From positions 1 through 20,689 of the IMG/VR virus record IMGVR_UViG_2671180298_000002: a DNA stretch of 20,689 bases; one strand, 5' to 3'. Below the pieces are notes generated by a model that made no database searches, was not told where the DNA came from, and saw only the letters and a list, made by a program, of their open reading frames with translations. The first letter of the stretch is position 1; each line of letters starts with the position of its first letter. The DNA comes from a virus (Duplodnaviria > Heunggongvirae > Uroviricota > Caudoviricetes). A program made the position numbers and the translations under genes. Positions 1 to 9,554 of this stretch are shown here, one piece after another.

Positions 1-258
1 ATGCAAACCGTTATTTTTGGTCGTTCGGGTTGCCCTTACTGTGTGCGTGCAAAAGATCTGGCTGAGAAATTGAGCAATGAACGCGATGATTTTCAGTATC
101 AGTATGTAGATATTCGTGCGGAAGGGATCACTAAAGAAGATCTACAACAAAAGGCAGGTAAACCCGTAGAAACCGTGCCGCAGATTTTTGTCGATCAGCA
201 ACATATCGGCGGCTATACCGATTTTGCTGCATGGGTGAAAGAAAATCTGGACGCCTGA
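1..258 (+). CDS. grxA: Glutaredoxin 1
   Basis: 85-aa ORF with CPYC active-site motif (GRSGCPYCVRAKDLAEKL); recognised from memory as E. coli GrxA; window starts at its ATG. Confidence 0.93.
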   Translation: MQTVIFGRSGCPYCVRAKDLAEKLSNERDDFQYQYVDIRAEGITKEDLQQKAGKPVETVPQIFVDQQHIGGYTDFAAWVKENLDA

Positions 259-267
259 TCGTCTGAC

Positions 268-300
268 AAGCCCTCGCGTTGAGGGCTTTACTGATTTTTT
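268..300 (+). terminator. Hairpin plus T-tract downstream of grxA; overlaps the ybjM stop
   Basis: Inverted repeat AAGCCCTC-gcgtt-GAGGGCTT (268..288) followed by TTTTTT at 295..300. Confidence 0.55.
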
Positions 301-665
301 CTGTGCTGTGGTTTAAACAAACTACTGATAAATAAGAAACACAGTGCCCCCAGCGCACACCAGAACACCGCGCTTAGTAACCATGCCAGCTCTTGCCAGA
401 ATGAGCGCGTCGGTGAAAAAAACAGCCGCATAATGAGCATCGAACAGGGTGCCGCCAGCATTGCGCCAAACAGAGGTTTCAGGACTTCTCTACGCTGTGA
501 AAAGAAGCTGGCGACTGCTCCAGGAAGAATGAAAAATAGCAAGCCGATTTCAGGATGCCCGGCAGCCCGAAAAGCGCCTTTCATGTGCGTCGCCAGAAAA
601 AGGCACACCACAATGAAGAGGACAAAACAGCAGATTGCCCCCGCCCAACGTTGTTTATGTTTCAC
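288..665 (-). CDS. ybjM: Inner membrane protein YbjM
   Basis: 125-aa ORF with several hydrophobic helices; position and orientation between grxA and ybjL match the E. coli grxA-ybjM-ybjL arrangement. Confidence 0.8.
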   Translation of the reverse strand: MKHKQRWAGAICCFVLFIVVCLFLATHMKGAFRAAGHPEIGLLFFILPGAVASFFSQRREVLKPLFGAMLAAPCSMLIMRLFFSPTRSFWQELAWLLSAVFWCALGALCFLFISSLFKPQHRKNQ

Positions 666-934
666 TCGTTCCTCCTGACACTGCGTCTATCGAACACATT
701 TTTCGCCAGTGTGGCGTTCAGTAAGATAAAGCCGCTTCGCATTCCATGCTAATATAGGCCAACGCAATTCATATAGCCGTTGATACCTAATGTGATTACA
801 CTAGTAAAATATATTGTTACTTTACTATCGTTTAGGTGCGCTGAATGAATCTGCGCCCTGAATTCTGGTAAAAAACATTATCGTAAATTACCATTTCTTT
901 CAACAGCTTACTAGTAAACAAGAAGTTAGCCTCC

Positions 935-2620
935 GTGAATATAAACGTCGCCGAATTGTTAAATGGGAATTACATTCTGTTATTATTTGTGGTCCTCGCG
1001 CTTGGGCTATGTCTCGGAAAGTTACGACTTGGTTCGATCCAACTGGGTAATTCCATTGGCGTTTTAGTCGTATCGCTGTTATTAGGCCAACAACATTTCA
1101 GCATTAACACCGATGCGCTTAATCTTGGCTTTATGCTGTTTATTTTCTGCGTCGGGGTCGAAGCCGGACCGAACTTTTTTTCCATTTTTTTTCGCGATGG
1201 GAAAAATTACCTAATGTTAGCACTGGTGATGGTTGGCAGTGCGCTGGTGATCGCCTTAGGGTTAGGTAAGCTGTTTGGCTGGGATATTGGCCTGACGGCC
1301 GGTATGTTAGCAGGCTCTATGACGTCGACACCGGTTCTGGTCGGTGCTGGCGATACACTGCGTCATTCCGGCATGGAAAGCAGGCAGCTCTCACTGGCAC
1401 TGGATAATCTGAGCCTCGGGTATGCCTTAACCTATTTAATCGGTCTGGTGAGTTTGATTGTTGGTGCGCGTTACTTGCCGAAATTGCAGCATCAGGACTT
1501 ACAGACCAGCGCCCAGCAAATCGCCCGCGAACGTGGCCTGGACACTGATGCCAACCGTAAGGTTTATTTACCGGTGATCCGCGCCTATCGCGTCGGCCCG
1601 GAACTGGTGGCCTGGACCGACGGCAAAAATCTGCGTGAACTGGGTATTTATCGACAAACCGGCTGCTACATTGAACGTATTCGACGTAACGGGATTCTGG
1701 CAAATCCAGACGGTGATGCCGTGCTACAAATGGGCGATGAAATAGCGTTGGTAGGCTATCCCGACGCCCATGCCCGACTCGATCCCAGCTTCCGTAACGG
1801 TAAAGAAGTTTTCGATCGTGACCTTCTCGACATGCGTATCGTCACTGAAGAAGTGGTCGTTAAAAACCATAACGCTGTAGGTAAACGTCTCGCACAACTG
1901 AAGTTGACCGATCACGGTTGCTTCCTTAACCGCGTCATTCGTAGCCAGATTGAGATGCCGATAGATGACAACGTCGTGCTTAACAAAGGTGACGTTTTAC
2001 AAGTCAGCGGCGATGCCCGCCGCGTAAAAACCATCGCCGATCGCATCGGCTTTATCTCGATTCACAGCCAGGTCACTGACCTGCTGGCATTCTGCGCCTT
2101 CTTTGTTATTGGGCTGATGATCGGGATGATCACCTTCCAGTTCAGCACATTCAGTTTCGGCATGGGGAACGCTGCCGGGTTGTTATTCGCCGGAATTATG
2201 CTGGGCTTTATGCGTGCTAACCACCCGACCTTCGGTTACATTCCGCAGGGTGCATTAAGCATGGTGAAAGAGTTCGGCTTGATGGTGTTTATGGCAGGCG
2301 TTGGTCTGAGCGCCGGTAGCGGTATTAATAACGGCCTGGGCGCGATTGGCGGTCAGATGTTGATTGCCGGATTGATTGTCAGTCTGGTGCCCGTGGTTAT
2401 CTGTTTCTTGTTCGGTGCTTATGTATTGCGAATGAACCGCGCGCTGTTGTTCGGCGCAATGATGGGCGCACGTACCTGCGCGCCGGCAATGGAGATCATC
2501 AGTGATACAGCTCGCAGTAACATCCCGGCGCTGGGCTATGCGGGCACCTATGCAATCGCCAACGTCCTGCTGACGCTGGCAGGGACAATCATCGTCATGG
2601 TATGGCCAGGATTAGGATAA
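935..2620 (+). CDS. ybjL: Putative transporter YbjL (AAE family, two membrane domains flanking cytoplasmic TrkA-C-like domains)
   Basis: 561-aa ORF with hydrophobic N- and C-terminal domains and a soluble middle; GTG start at 935; N-terminus [24 protein letters not shown] recognised as YbjL. Confidence 0.9.
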
Positions 2621-2732
2621 AACTGAAGTTGCCCTGAAAATGAAATTTTTTTGCACAACCGCAGAACTTTTCCGCAGGGCATCAGTCTTAATTAGTGCCA
2701 CTGCTTTTCTTTGATGTCCCCATTTTGTGGAG

Positions 2733-2775
2733 CCCATCAACCCCGCCATTTCGGTTCAAGGTTGATGGGTTTTTT
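2733..2775 (+). terminator. Rho-independent terminator in the host flank between ybjL and the prophage end
   Basis: Perfect 10-bp stem CCCATCAACC / GGTTGATGGG (2733..2742 and 2760..2769) with a 17-nt loop, followed by TTTTTT (2770..2775). Confidence 0.6.
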
Positions 2776-2833
2776 GTTGCCTGAAATTTATGCTGTTTAA
2801 AATCATGATGTTAGAAGCACTGTTTTTTAACGA

Positions 2834-2855
2834 TGGCGACAAAATGGCGGCAGCG
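2834..2855. repeat. Candidate att core, ogr-proximal prophage end
   Basis: TGGCGACAAAATGGCGGCAGCG; 21/22 identical to 20650..20671; lies immediately before the ogr stop codon (2856..2858). Confidence 0.6.
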
Positions 2856-3074
2856 TCAAAGAGAGAGCGCCACCTGTCCTGATTTCATTGGATGCGGCTG
2901 AACCGGATTTGACTCTTTTGGCGTTGCAATCGAACGAACAAAAGTTTCATGGGTAACAAAAGTATGGCTGCAGTTAATGTTCTGGCACTGGTTGTAACGC
3001 TCTTTGGTCAATGAAGATACCTGAAAACTGCTGCGAGTATGGGCGGCACTTCCACACAGTGGGCAAATCATCAT
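2856..3074 (-). CDS. ogr: Ogr/Delta-type zinc-finger late-gene activator
   Basis: 72-aa product MMICPLCGSAAHTRSS...ERYNQCQNINCSHTF with a CxxC...CxxxxC zinc finger, resembling P2 Ogr (MFHCPLCQHAAHARTS...). Start set at the ATG preceded by GGGGAG; the tracked ORF extends further 5'. Confidence 0.85.
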   Translation of the reverse strand: MMICPLCGSAAHTRSSFQVSSLTKERYNQCQNINCSHTFVTHETFVRSIATPKESNPVQPHPMKSGQVALSL

Positions 3075-3164
3075 TTTTCGAGTTCTCCCCATTTTTGCTA
3101 AATTCACAATAATGATACCGCATTATTCCATTTTGCAAACTTAAAAGTTCTCCATTGCGAAGAA

Positions 3165-4265
3165 TCATTCCATTTCGAAATCATCAATCCTCACTTCAAG
3201 CTCCAGACTGGTCGTAAAACCGTTATCCGGGCTGACGGTATGCGTCAGAGTCGTAATGCTCCATTCCGCATCATCTATCGGCTGTTTAAAGCCACTGACT
3301 TTCACTGGCATTTCCGTGTAGAGATCTGCCCGCCCTTCCGCCAGTTGTAGCGAGAATGACGCAACGCCGCGTTGCAGGCGTTCCCACTGCATTTTCGCTG
3401 CCCGTTCAGCGTTGCTCCGGTTGGCATAAGTGCGATTAAGTACCAGCACGTTTTCATCCGTCCCCACCAGGTAATCGCCCTGCTTCGCTTCCGGCTCTTT
3501 CTTCTGCTTCTTAGTCCTGCGCTTACGCTTCACCGTAGTGCTTTCTTTCTTCGCGGGTTCGCGGGTATGCAACCAGCTGGCAATTACCCCCGTGTAAGCT
3601 CCGCGATCTGCCAGGGTAAAGCGGTGACTGTCGCCGTCCTTACGTGTGATAGTAATCACCGGCAGTGGTTTACCGCTGGCGCTTTTGCCCTGTCCCTGCC
3701 GGATGAATAACAGATTGCCATTTTTCACCGATGCAATGGCACCGTACTGGCGCGCCAGCCGCATCAAAAAACTGCCGTCACTCTCATTAGTCTGGTCTAT
3801 ATGCTCCACGGGCTTATCCGACAGGTCTTTACCCAGTGCCATCTTCAGCTTGTGCCGCGCGGCTATTTCCTTCACCACTTCCCCGATGGTGGTGTTATGC
3901 CACGATTTTTCACGGCGGGTATTCAGCGTTTCCCGAAAATCAGCACTTCGCGCCCGGATAGTCAGGCGGTCCGGTGCGCCAGTGTGTTCAATCTCGTCCA
4001 CCGTGAATGCCCCTTTCGGGAAAAGCGGCTGCCCCTTCCAGCCCAGCGCCAGCGTAATGACCGCACCACGGCGCGGCAGCACGATTTTTCCGTCGGCGTC
4101 GTCCAGCTCCAGATCAAGTTGGTCCGCTTCAAAGCCCCGATTGTCCGTCAGCGTCAGACTCATCAGGCGGTTATCCAGCACAGTGGTGATATCCTTCCCC
4201 TCAATACTGATGCTGAATGCGGGAGTTTTGTTTCCTTTGTTAAGCAGTTCAGAGCTGAAATTCAC
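3165..4265 (-). CDS. D: Phage tail protein D (late control gene D family)
   Basis: 366-aa ORF; gene order ogr-D-U-T and size match P2 gpD; overlaps the U stop (ATGA). Confidence 0.88.
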   Translation of the reverse strand: MNFSSELLNKGNKTPAFSISIEGKDITTVLDNRLMSLTLTDNRGFEADQLDLELDDADGKIVLPRRGAVITLALGWKGQPLFPKGAFTVDEIEHTGAPDRLTIRARSADFRETLNTRREKSWHNTTIGEVVKEIAARHKLKMALGKDLSDKPVEHIDQTNESDGSFLMRLARQYGAIASVKNGNLLFIRQGQGKSASGKPLPVITITRKDGDSHRFTLADRGAYTGVIASWLHTREPAKKESTTVKRKRRTKKQKKEPEAKQGDYLVGTDENVLVLNRTYANRSNAERAAKMQWERLQRGVASFSLQLAEGRADLYTEMPVKVSGFKQPIDDAEWSITTLTHTVSPDNGFTTSLELEVRIDDFEME

Positions 4266-4747
4266 GACAGCAGCCCTCCCACCGTTTTACTGATATCGCT
4301 TAAGGCAGACGTTGCCGTGTCCTGCAGATTATTCAGTTGAGTACTGAGATCACCGAACATATCGGACAGGGATTCATCCACCCGTTTTAGCGAAAGGGTG
4401 AACTCAATCCTGCGCGGCATACCGTCGCGGAAAAACTCCGTTTTAGTCTGATTCAGTCCCTCAATCACATACATGCCGTAAATCGTGCCGCTGCCTTCAA
4501 TCAGGGGCCATGCTTTCCCCTGTTCTGCCATCTGCTCCAGTGCCAGCAACGACAGCCTGCCGCCTGTTATCTCCGGCATAAGAACACCGGAAAGCGTCAG
4601 CATGTCGTTTTCCGGTCCCAGAAACTGCGTGGACGGACGACGGTTTACCCGGCTGTTTGCCGCATGTCGCCAGCTGCGTTGATACTGCAGTTCCTGATAC
4701 GGAACGGTGCGCAGCATAAACACGTACAATCCCAGCACCATCATCAT
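4262..4747 (-). CDS. U: Phage tail protein U
   Basis: 161-aa ORF starting MMMVLGLYVFMLRTVPYQELQYQRSWRH, recognised as P2 gpU; translationally coupled to the T stop. Confidence 0.85.
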   Translation of the reverse strand: MMMVLGLYVFMLRTVPYQELQYQRSWRHAANSRVNRRPSTQFLGPENDMLTLSGVLMPEITGGRLSLLALEQMAEQGKAWPLIEGSGTIYGMYVIEGLNQTKTEFFRDGMPRRIEFTLSLKRVDESLSDMFGDLSTQLNNLQDTATSALSDISKTVGGLLS

Positions 4748-5928
4748 GCGTCGTATCCCCCCTGATCGCTGTAGTTACTCCTGGCTTTTGCCTTCAGCCT
4801 GCGTTCACGTTCATCAAGCTGGCGTGCCACCTCCCGCGCAATATCCTGCGCACTTTGTCCTGGCTGCGTCTGAATGATGATCTGCGTCGGTGCCTCAATC
4901 CGTTGAACGAGCGGCACAGTGGCTGCGCGACTCACAATTGCTTCTCCACCTTTCGCGGGAAGTGCCAAAGGGTGCAACGGTGGAAGCTCTGCTGGCGCGG
5001 CAGCAACGCCCATCATTCCGGCAACAACGGCAGCCAGTGCAGCTGTATTTCTCCGGCTGGTCACATTTGCCGGGCCGTTAACAATTTCCGGCCCGTTTTC
5101 ACCGACGATGCCAAACTGCCCACGCGGGATATAGCCGCCGCTGTCATACATCCCCGCAAAGCCATATCCCCATGACGGAAAACCACCCGATGGCATCATC
5201 ACTTTACCGTCTGCATTCACCGTCGCAGGTTGCTGACGCGTCACGCTTTCCGGCAGTTTCGCCTTTGCAGCCTCTTTACTGACAATGCCGAGTTTATCCA
5301 GCAACCAGGAAACGCCAGATTTCAGGGAGTCCAGCGGATGCATAACCATATTCAGCCCTTCCGCCAGTGCCTCCCCGAATCGTCGCCCCATTGCCGCTGC
5401 GCTCTGCAGTTCGGCAGAGGTCGACTTAACGGGCGTCAGCAGATCAGTAAACCAGCCCCAGAGCGCCTGCACTTTGTCGCCAATCCACTGAAACACAGGC
5501 TTAAGTGGTTCGAATGCTGCACTGACGGGACCTGCCGCCGCTTTGAATCCTTCCACCACGCCACCAAGAAATGCGGTGATGGGTTGCCAGTATTTCCAGA
5601 CAACCAGCGCCACGCCCGCCAGTGCAGTAACCACAAGACCTATCGGACTGAGCAGAGCACCTAACAGACCAGATACGGCATACAGGGCAACGCGCAGCAT
5701 CGCCAGTGGACCAGATGCCAGTACTCGCAGCACCGTGCCTGCGGCGACCAGTCCACCGCGCAGTACCGCCAGAGGATTCATAAACATCACAGCAACAGCA
5801 CGTAAACCGGATAATCCAGACCGCAAAAGTGCAACCGGCGCACCTGCTACAGTTTTCATGACATTTCCCGTCAGTGATGCCGTGCGGCGCAAAGATGACA
5901 ACGGTGCAGTAAGTAAACCCGCAACCAC
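4744..5928 (-). pseudogene. T: Tail tape-measure protein T, 5'-truncated C-terminal fragment
   Basis: About 394-aa Gly/Ala-rich ORF immediately upstream of U; P2 gpT is about twice this length; the open frame is closed by a stop at about 5953..5955, some 25 bp from the divergent P start. Confidence 0.6.
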
Positions 5929-5977
5929 ACAAACCGCAGGCGGGGAAAGCCTTCATTCAAGGCTGTAGGTTTGTGCC

Positions 5978-7744
5978 ATGAACACCACACTGACACCCGC
6001 AGATCTCGATCCCCGTCGGCAGGCCATGCTGCTGTACTTTCAGGGATACCGCGTAGCCCGCATTGCTGAAATGCTGGGCGAGAAAGTTGCAACCGTTCAC
6101 AGCTGGAAAAAACGCGACAAGTGGGGTGACTATGGGCCGCTGGATCAGATGCAGCTCACCACCGCCGCACGCTACTGCCAGCTCATTATGAAGGAGCACA
6201 AAGAAGGGAAAGATTTCAAAGAGATTGACCTGCTGGCGCGCCAGTCGGAGCGCCATGCGCGGATCGGCAAGTTTAACAATGGCGGCAACGAAGCCGACTT
6301 AAACCCTAACGTCGCCAACCGCAACAAAGGCCCGCGCCGTCAGCCGGAAAAGAACGTTTTCACCGATGAACAGATTGAGAAGCTGGAAGAAATCTTCCAT
6401 TCCTCCATGTTCAACTACCAGCGCCACTGGTGGGAAGCCGGAAAAACCAACCGCATCCGCAACCTGCTGAAGTCACGCCAGATCGGCGCGACCTTCTATT
6501 TTGCCCGTGAAGCCCTGATTGACGCCCTGCTAACCGGGCGTAACCAGATTTTCCTTTCCGCCAGCAAGGCTCAGGCCCACGTCTTTAAGCAGTACATCAT
6601 CGACTTCGCCAAAGAAGTGGAGGTGGAGCTGAAAGGCGATCCGATGGTGCTTCCTAACGGGGCCACGCTGTACTTCCTCGGCACCAATGCCCGCACGGCC
6701 CAGAGTTACCACGGCAACCTGTATCTGGATGAATATTTCTGGATACCGAAATTCCAGGAGCTGCGCAAAGTGGCTTCCGGTATGGCTATTCACAAAAAAT
6801 GGCGACAAACCTATTTTTCCACGCCATCCAGCCTGACACACAGTGCTTATCCGTTCTGGTCCGGTGCGCTGTTCAACCGAGGGCGCAACAAAGCCGATAA
6901 GGTGGACATCGACCTGTCCCACAGCAATCTGGCCCCCGGCCTGCTGTGCGCAGACGGGCAGTACCGCCAGATAGTCACTGTGGAAGATGCGGTGCGCGGC
7001 GGCTGTAACCTGTTCGACCTCGACCAGTTGCGCATGGAGTACAGCCCGGACGAATACCAGAACCTGCTGATGTGTGAGTTCGTGGACGATCTCGCGTCTG
7101 TGTTCCCACTCAGCGAGCTGCAGGCGTGCATGGTAGACAGTTGGGAAGTCTGGACCGACTTTCATGCACTGGCCCTGCGCCCGTTTGGCTGGCGCGAAGT
7201 GTGGATCGGATATGACCCGGCGAAAGGTACGCAGAACGGCGACAGCGCCGGATGCGTGGTGGTGGCGCCGCCAGCCGTGCCGGGCGGTAAGTTCCGCATT
7301 CTTGAGCGTCACCAGTGGCGCGGAATGGACTTTCGCGCCCAGGCTGACGCCATCAAAAAACTGACCGAACAGTACAACGTGACCTATATCGGTATCGACT
7401 CAACCGGCGTTGGTCACGGGGTTTACGAGAACGTGAAAGCGTTTTTTCCTGCCGTCCGGGAGTTTGTCTACAACCCCAACGTTAAAAACGCCCTGGTACT
7501 CAAGGCCTACGACATTATCAGCCACCGCCGTCTGGAGTTTGACGCCGGACACACCGACATAGCGCAGTCCTTTATGGCAATCCGTCGCGCCACCACCGCC
7601 AGTGGCAACCGCCCGACCTATGAAGCCAGCCGCAGCGAAGAAGCCAGCCACGCCGATCTGGCCTGGGCAACGATGCACGCACTGTTTAACGAACCGCTGC
7701 AGGGCGAATCCGCCAATACCAGCAATATTGTGGAGATTTTTTGA
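5978..7744 (+). CDS. P: Terminase large (ATPase) subunit, P2 gpP-like
   Basis: 588-aa ORF; size and position next to portal Q fit P2 gpP; 3' end overlaps the Q start. Confidence 0.9.
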   Translation: MNTTLTPADLDPRRQAMLLYFQGYRVARIAEMLGEKVATVHSWKKRDKWGDYGPLDQMQLTTAARYCQLIMKEHKEGKDFKEIDLLARQSERHARIGKFNNGGNEADLNPNVANRNKGPRRQPEKNVFTDEQIEKLEEIFHSSMFNYQRHWWEAGKTNRIRNLLKSRQIGATFYFAREALIDALLTGRNQIFLSASKAQAHVFKQYIIDFAKEVEVELKGDPMVLPNGATLYFLGTNARTAQSYHGNLYLDEYFWIPKFQELRKVASGMAIHKKWRQTYFSTPSSLTHSAYPFWSGALFNRGRNKADKVDIDLSHSNLAPGLLCADGQYRQIVTVEDAVRGGCNLFDLDQLRMEYSPDEYQNLLMCEFVDDLASVFPLSELQACMVDSWEVWTDFHALALRPFGWREVWIGYDPAKGTQNGDSAGCVVVAPPAVPGGKFRILERHQWRGMDFRAQADAIKKLTEQYNVTYIGIDSTGVGHGVYENVKAFFPAVREFVYNPNVKNALVLKAYDIISHRRLEFDAGHTDIAQSFMAIRRATTASGNRPTYEASRSEEASHADLAWATMHALFNEPLQGESANTSNIVEIF

Positions 7745-8790
7745 TGGGAAAGAGTAAGAAGAACCGCGCTGCGGCGACGAAACAGATCCAGCTTAAAAGT
7801 CAAACTACAGCCGAAGCATTCAGCTTCGGCGATCCCGTTCCTGTTCTGGACCGCCGAGAACTGCTGGATTATGTGGAATGCGTACAGATGGATCGCTGGT
7901 ATGAGCCGCCCGTCAGTTTTGACGGACTGGCACGAACCTTCCGCGCCGCTGTGCATCACAGCTCCCCCATCAGTGTTAAGCGTGACATTATCAGCAGTAC
8001 CTATATTCCGCATCGTCTTCTCAGTCAGCAGGCATTTACCCGTTTTGTGCAGGACTATCTGGTTTTTGGTAACGGCTACCTGGAGAAGCGCACGAACCGT
8101 TTCGGTGAAGTTATTTCGCTGGAGCCTGCACTGGCAAAATACACCCGGCGCGGGCTTGACCTTGAAACATACTGGTTTGTGCAATACGGTATGTCCACCC
8201 AGCCATATCAGTTCACGAAAGGCAGCATCTTTCATCTGATGGAACCGGACATCAACCAAGAAATCTACGGCCTGCCCGGTTATCTTTCTGCTATTCCATC
8301 CGCCCTGCTCAACGAGTCTGCCACGCTGTTCCGCCGCAAGTATTACATTAACGGCAGTCATGCAGGCTTCATCATGTACATGACCGACGCCGCGCAGAAC
8401 CAGGAGGATGTAAACAACCTCCGCAACGCGATGAAAAGTGCCAAAGGTCCTGGTAACTTCCGTAACCTATTTATGTACTCGCCAAACGGCAAAAAGGACG
8501 GGCTTCAGATCATCCCGTTGTCAGAAGTCGCGGCGAAGGATGAGTTTTTGAATATCAAGAACGTCAGCCGTGATGACATGATGGCGGCACACCGTGTGCC
8601 GCCACAAATGATGGGTATTATGCCGAATAATGTTGGGGGGTTTGGGGATGTAGAAAAGGCAAGCCGTGTCTTTGTCCGCAACGAGTTGATACCTCTGCAG
8701 AAACGCCTACAGGAACTTAACAACTGGTTGGGCGATGAAGTTATACGTTTCGAGCCGTACACTTTAGATATTCAGAATGAAAAGAAATAA
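7741..8790 (+). CDS. Q: Portal protein, P2 gpQ-like
   Basis: 349-aa ORF directly after the terminase; size matches P2 gpQ. Confidence 0.88.
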   Translation: MMGKSKKNRAAATKQIQLKSQTTAEAFSFGDPVPVLDRRELLDYVECVQMDRWYEPPVSFDGLARTFRAAVHHSSPISVKRDIISSTYIPHRLLSQQAFTRFVQDYLVFGNGYLEKRTNRFGEVISLEPALAKYTRRGLDLETYWFVQYGMSTQPYQFTKGSIFHLMEPDINQEIYGLPGYLSAIPSALLNESATLFRRKYYINGSHAGFIMYMTDAAQNQEDVNNLRNAMKSAKGPGNFRNLFMYSPNGKKDGLQIIPLSEVAAKDEFLNIKNVSRDDMMAAHRVPPQMMGIMPNNVGGFGDVEKASRVFVRNELIPLQKRLQELNNWLGDEVIRFEPYTLDIQNEKK

Positions 8791-8817
8791 AAGTTAGCGA
8801 ATAAAAATCATTAGTAT

Positions 8818-8838
8818 AGGCCGCAAACTGAGCGGCCT
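8818..8838. terminator. Bidirectional hairpin between convergent Q and the cargo gene
   Basis: AGGCCGC-aaactga-GCGGCCT stem-loop with T-rich flanks on both strands. Confidence 0.55.
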
Positions 8839-8844
8839 TATTCA

Positions 8845-9114
8845 TTACCAATTTCTTTTTTCGGAGTTTAGCCAATCACCGCATGGATAATATCTTGACG
8901 CCCATTCACCTTGTAAACGAGCTACAAACAGAATATCGTTACTATCGACCTTGGCTTGGAGTCCGTCACGCAGTTGAGTTGCGGTCAGCGTTGTATCTAC
9001 TAACCAAAATGATTCAAGATATTTACAGTATGTAAATTGCTTTAGATAGTCAAAAACTTCATCGTAGTTTCTTCCCGGAGCCTTCAAGTCATAGGTTATA
9101 CAATAAATAGCCAT
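8845..9114 (-). CDS. Hypothetical small alpha/beta protein, possibly Cas2/VapD-like fold
   Basis: 89-aa ORF; GGAG 8 nt upstream of the ATG; starts 3 nt after the Zn-ribbon ORF stop; AT-rich; pattern MAIYCITYDL...YLESFWLV...ILFVARL resembles the Cas2 layout (recognition by eye, unverified). Confidence 0.6.
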   Translation of the reverse strand: MAIYCITYDLKAPGRNYDEVFDYLKQFTYCKYLESFWLVDTTLTATQLRDGLQAKVDSNDILFVARLQGEWASRYYPCGDWLNSEKRNW

Positions 9115-9117
9115 TCT

Positions 9118-9300
9118 CTAAGCTCCGCATTTTTTATCATTTGGGGAACATCTTAACCTGCGACATTTGCGGCAATACGATTGAGGGATCAGCCGCTCTC
9201 CTTCCATAGTTCTAAAACCAAACACTTCTTCAATTTTGTTCAAATCACCACTTGCAATAACCCCACAGCAGGGGCAGACAGCCTCAATTTGAAATGCCAT
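9118..9300 (-). CDS. Hypothetical small zinc-ribbon protein
   Basis: 60-aa product MAFQIEAVCPCCG...YCRKCRRLRC with Cys pairs; GGAG 6 nt upstream of the ATG at 9300; the tracked ORF extends to a TTG at 9363. Confidence 0.55.
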   Translation of the reverse strand: MAFQIEAVCPCCGVIASGDLNKIEEVFGFRTMEGERLIPQSYCRKCRRLRCSPNDKKCGA

Positions 9301-9463
9301 GTCTATCTCCATTCCACATGTTGAATGTAGGGTAATACTTCCTTTCAAGCAAAAATGAGACAAGGATCTTAAAACCTAATTTAAACTTGCTTGCGCGCGC
9401 TCGTATCCCCGCCACGCCTGCCCGCTTTATGTAGTGGTTTTCATGCAGATGCATGCTCTACGC

Positions 9464-9492
9464 AAAAGCCCGCCAGTTCTGGCGGGCTTTTG
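9464..9492. terminator. Hairpin separating the three-gene and two-gene cargo modules
   Basis: AAA-AGCCCGCCAG-tt-CTGGCGGGCT-TTT; GC-rich 9-10 bp stem with A/T flanks on both sides. Confidence 0.6.
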
Positions 9493-9554
9493 CAAAAACG
9501 ATCCTCAAACGATCATGCGATTTCATGCAGCATAGACATGCAAAGTAGAAACTG

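Noticed and set aside
433-752. Plus-strand ORFs of 81 and 65 aa
   Set aside because: Antisense to or overlapping ybjM and its upstream region; basic, low-complexity translations.
3372-4340. Three plus-strand ORFs (112, 215 and 179 aa) inside the D region
   Set aside because: They are antisense to the well-supported gpD gene, have Ser/Arg/Pro-rich low-complexity translations, and show no start or RBS context; shadow ORFs.
4855-5968. Several plus- and minus-strand ORFs overlapping the T fragment
   Set aside because: They lie out of frame or antisense within the GC-rich tape-measure remnant, with Arg/Ala/Cys-rich translations typical of spurious frames.
5972-5989. TGT-N12-ACA motif resembling an Ogr-dependent late promoter element
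   Set aside because: It overlaps the P start codon rather than lying about 55 bp upstream of a transcription start, so it is most likely a chance match.
6530-8361. Minus-strand ORFs of 260, 94, 92 and 247 aa overlapping P and Q
   Set aside because: Antisense to the terminase and portal genes; no independent support.
8791-8844. Search for a P2-type cos site between Q and the next gene
   Set aside because: Only a terminator hairpin is evident in this 54-bp gap; I could not recognise a cos sequence from memory, so no cos is called. Its absence would fit a defective element but is not demonstrated.
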